From Hormoscilla sp. (lineage in GTDB: Bacteria; Cyanobacteriota; Cyanobacteriia; Cyanobacteriales; Desertifilaceae), in the NCBI GenBank assembly GCA_051439505.1, contig JBFRWI010000158.1, positions 1-64,000 of the forward strand: 64,000 bases of DNA, written 5' to 3'. Positions 62,778 to 64,000 of the stretch are shown in pieces (the first letter of the stretch is position 1; each line of letters starts with the position of its first letter). A program made the position numbers and the translations under genes. The notes beneath the pieces are model-generated. The model had not been told where the DNA came from and made no database searches. It worked only from the letters and a program-made list of their open reading frames with translations.

Positions 62778-63296
62778 GCGATCGCCTGCCCACCGAAGGT
62801 GCGATCGCGCGGTCGAAAATGTAGGGGCACGGCATCAACAAATGATCGGTAAAGATGAAAAATGTAATTACCGCCGTGCCCCGGCTGCCGGTGCCCAGAC
62901 GCGATCGCCCGCCAGGGAAGATCCGATCGCGCTATGGCCCCGGTGTACGGCAATAGATAAATTTCTGTTGATACCCATCTGTTATGGATGCCGTGCCCCT
63001 ACCATTGTTATTATATATTGGCTGGAACTGGCGCGATCGCCCGCCCACCGAAGGTGCGATCGCCCGCCAGAGAAAATGCGATCGCAGTCGAAAATGTAGG
63101 GGCACGGCATCAACAAATGATCGGAAAAGATGAAAAATGTAACTACCGCCGTGCCCAGACGCGATCGCCCGTAAAAATGCGATCGCGCTATGGCCCCGGT
63201 GTACGGCAATAGATAAATAAGAGTTGATACCCTGATGTTATCGATGCCGTACACCTACTATTGTGATTCTATATTGGCTGGAACTGGCGCGATCGC
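62778..63296. repeat. Two tandem ~255-bp HIP1-rich REPIN/BIME-like units
   Basis: Units 62778-63032 and 63033-63288; each contains GTAGGGGCACGGCATC ... GATGCCGT(GCC/ACA)CCTAC inverted repeats. Confidence 0.8.
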
Positions 63297-63378
63297 CGGG
63301 GCGGATGGGCGATCGCCCTGTAGCAGTGACTTCAGCAATTCAATTCTGTCGATCATATCGGGTAAAAATTGCGCTCGC

Positions 63379-63482
63379 GTAGGTTGGGTTTCCGCAACGT
63401 TACCCAACATCATTATCTCCCGCAGTTGGGTTTCCTGGCGTCAACCCAACCTACAAGGTCTGGTGGGCGGTGCCCACCCTAC
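63379..63482. repeat. Cluster of three GTAG-family REP palindromes
   Basis: GTAGGTTGGG..CCCAAC (63379), GTTGGG..CCCAACCTAC (63425), GGTGGGCGGTGCCCACCCTAC (63462). Confidence 0.75.
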
Positions 63483-64000
63483 GAACGGCGTCCCCAAGGC
63501 TGATGCATCAGCACGTAAAAGCAGGGGATGATAAATAATGTTAGCATTGTCGCTAAGGACAGTCCCGAGAATACTACTACTCCCAATGGTTGCAGAAATT
63601 CCGATCCTTCCCCTATTCCTAATGCTAGGGGAAATAATCCTAACACTGTGGTAATTGTTGTCATTAAGATCGGACGCAGGCGCTGAGGGGCGGCTTGCAA
63701 AATTGCCCTCTCATACCCTATCCCTTCTGCTTCCCGCATCTGGTTCGCTAATTCTATCATGATAATGGCATTGTTCACCACAATCCCTACCAGTAACACG
63801 ATCCCCACGATCGCGGTTGCCCCTAATGCTGTATCGGTCACGTACAGTCCCAGAATCCCTCCACAAATCGCGAGGGGCACTGTTAACATAATCACTAAGG
63901 GGTCGATCAAGGAATTGTACTGCACTGCCATGACTACGAAGACTAAAAATGCTGCTAAACTTCCTAGCAAAAGAAGCGATCGCTGCAATTGTTTGTTCGC
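63479..64000 (-). CDS. RND efflux permease (AcrB family), C-terminal part; begins beyond the window
   Basis: QYNS..DP..I..TVPL, GIVVNNAI, RLRPILMTT, G..F.QPLG.VVF.GL. Confidence 0.92.
   Translation of the reverse strand, partial: ANKQLQRSLLLLGSLAAFLVFVVMAVQYNSLIDPLVIMLTVPLAICGGILGLYVTDTALGATAIVGIVLLVGIVVNNAIIMIELANQMREAEGIGYERAILQAAPQRLRPILMTTITTVLGLFPLALGIGEGSEFLQPLGVVVFSGLSLATMLTLFIIPCFYVLMHQPWGRRS

Noticed and set aside
62778..63482. Possible CRISPR array near the defence operon
   Set aside because: Only two long units with similar internal sequence; no constant repeat/unique spacer periodicity and no cas genes
62641..63531. Short ORFs over the repeat region
   Set aside because: Translations of HIP1/REP repeats (AIA, RSP, DR runs), not credible proteins

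Overview
Cyanobacterial chromosomal window, probably a filamentous species (abundant HIP1 GCGATCGC, heptamer tandem repeats, GTAG-type REP palindromes, several MITEs); the genus cannot be determined from sequence alone. From left to right: (1) a polysaccharide export locus with one wzm and two wzt paralogues; (2) the cyanobacterial TCA bypass pair (succinic semialdehyde dehydrogenase and 2-oxoglutarate decarboxylase); (3) a ~23 kb accessory region that looks like specialised metabolism, with a five-gene operon (methyltransferase resembling Met S-methyltransferase, DRE-TIM aldolase/lyase, flavin monooxygenase, LynF/TruF/PatF-type prenyltransferase, PLP aminotransferase) followed by five sulfotransferase domains, glycosyltransferases, an FAD hydroxylase, a ScyB-like dehydrogenase stub and transporters; (4) mostly core genes (secG, gpmI, htrA-like, scpB, frr, pyrH) with an IS607-like TnpB element inside the htrA-like gene; (5) a Ser/Thr kinase-AAA-GAF-His kinase; (6) an intact three-gene pPIWI-RE (Argonaute-related) defence operon flanked by decayed toxin-antitoxin and ImmA/IrrE-PIN modules. 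Several genes carry single nonsense or frameshift lesions. All family calls come from motif recognition and recalled family features; no database search was run.
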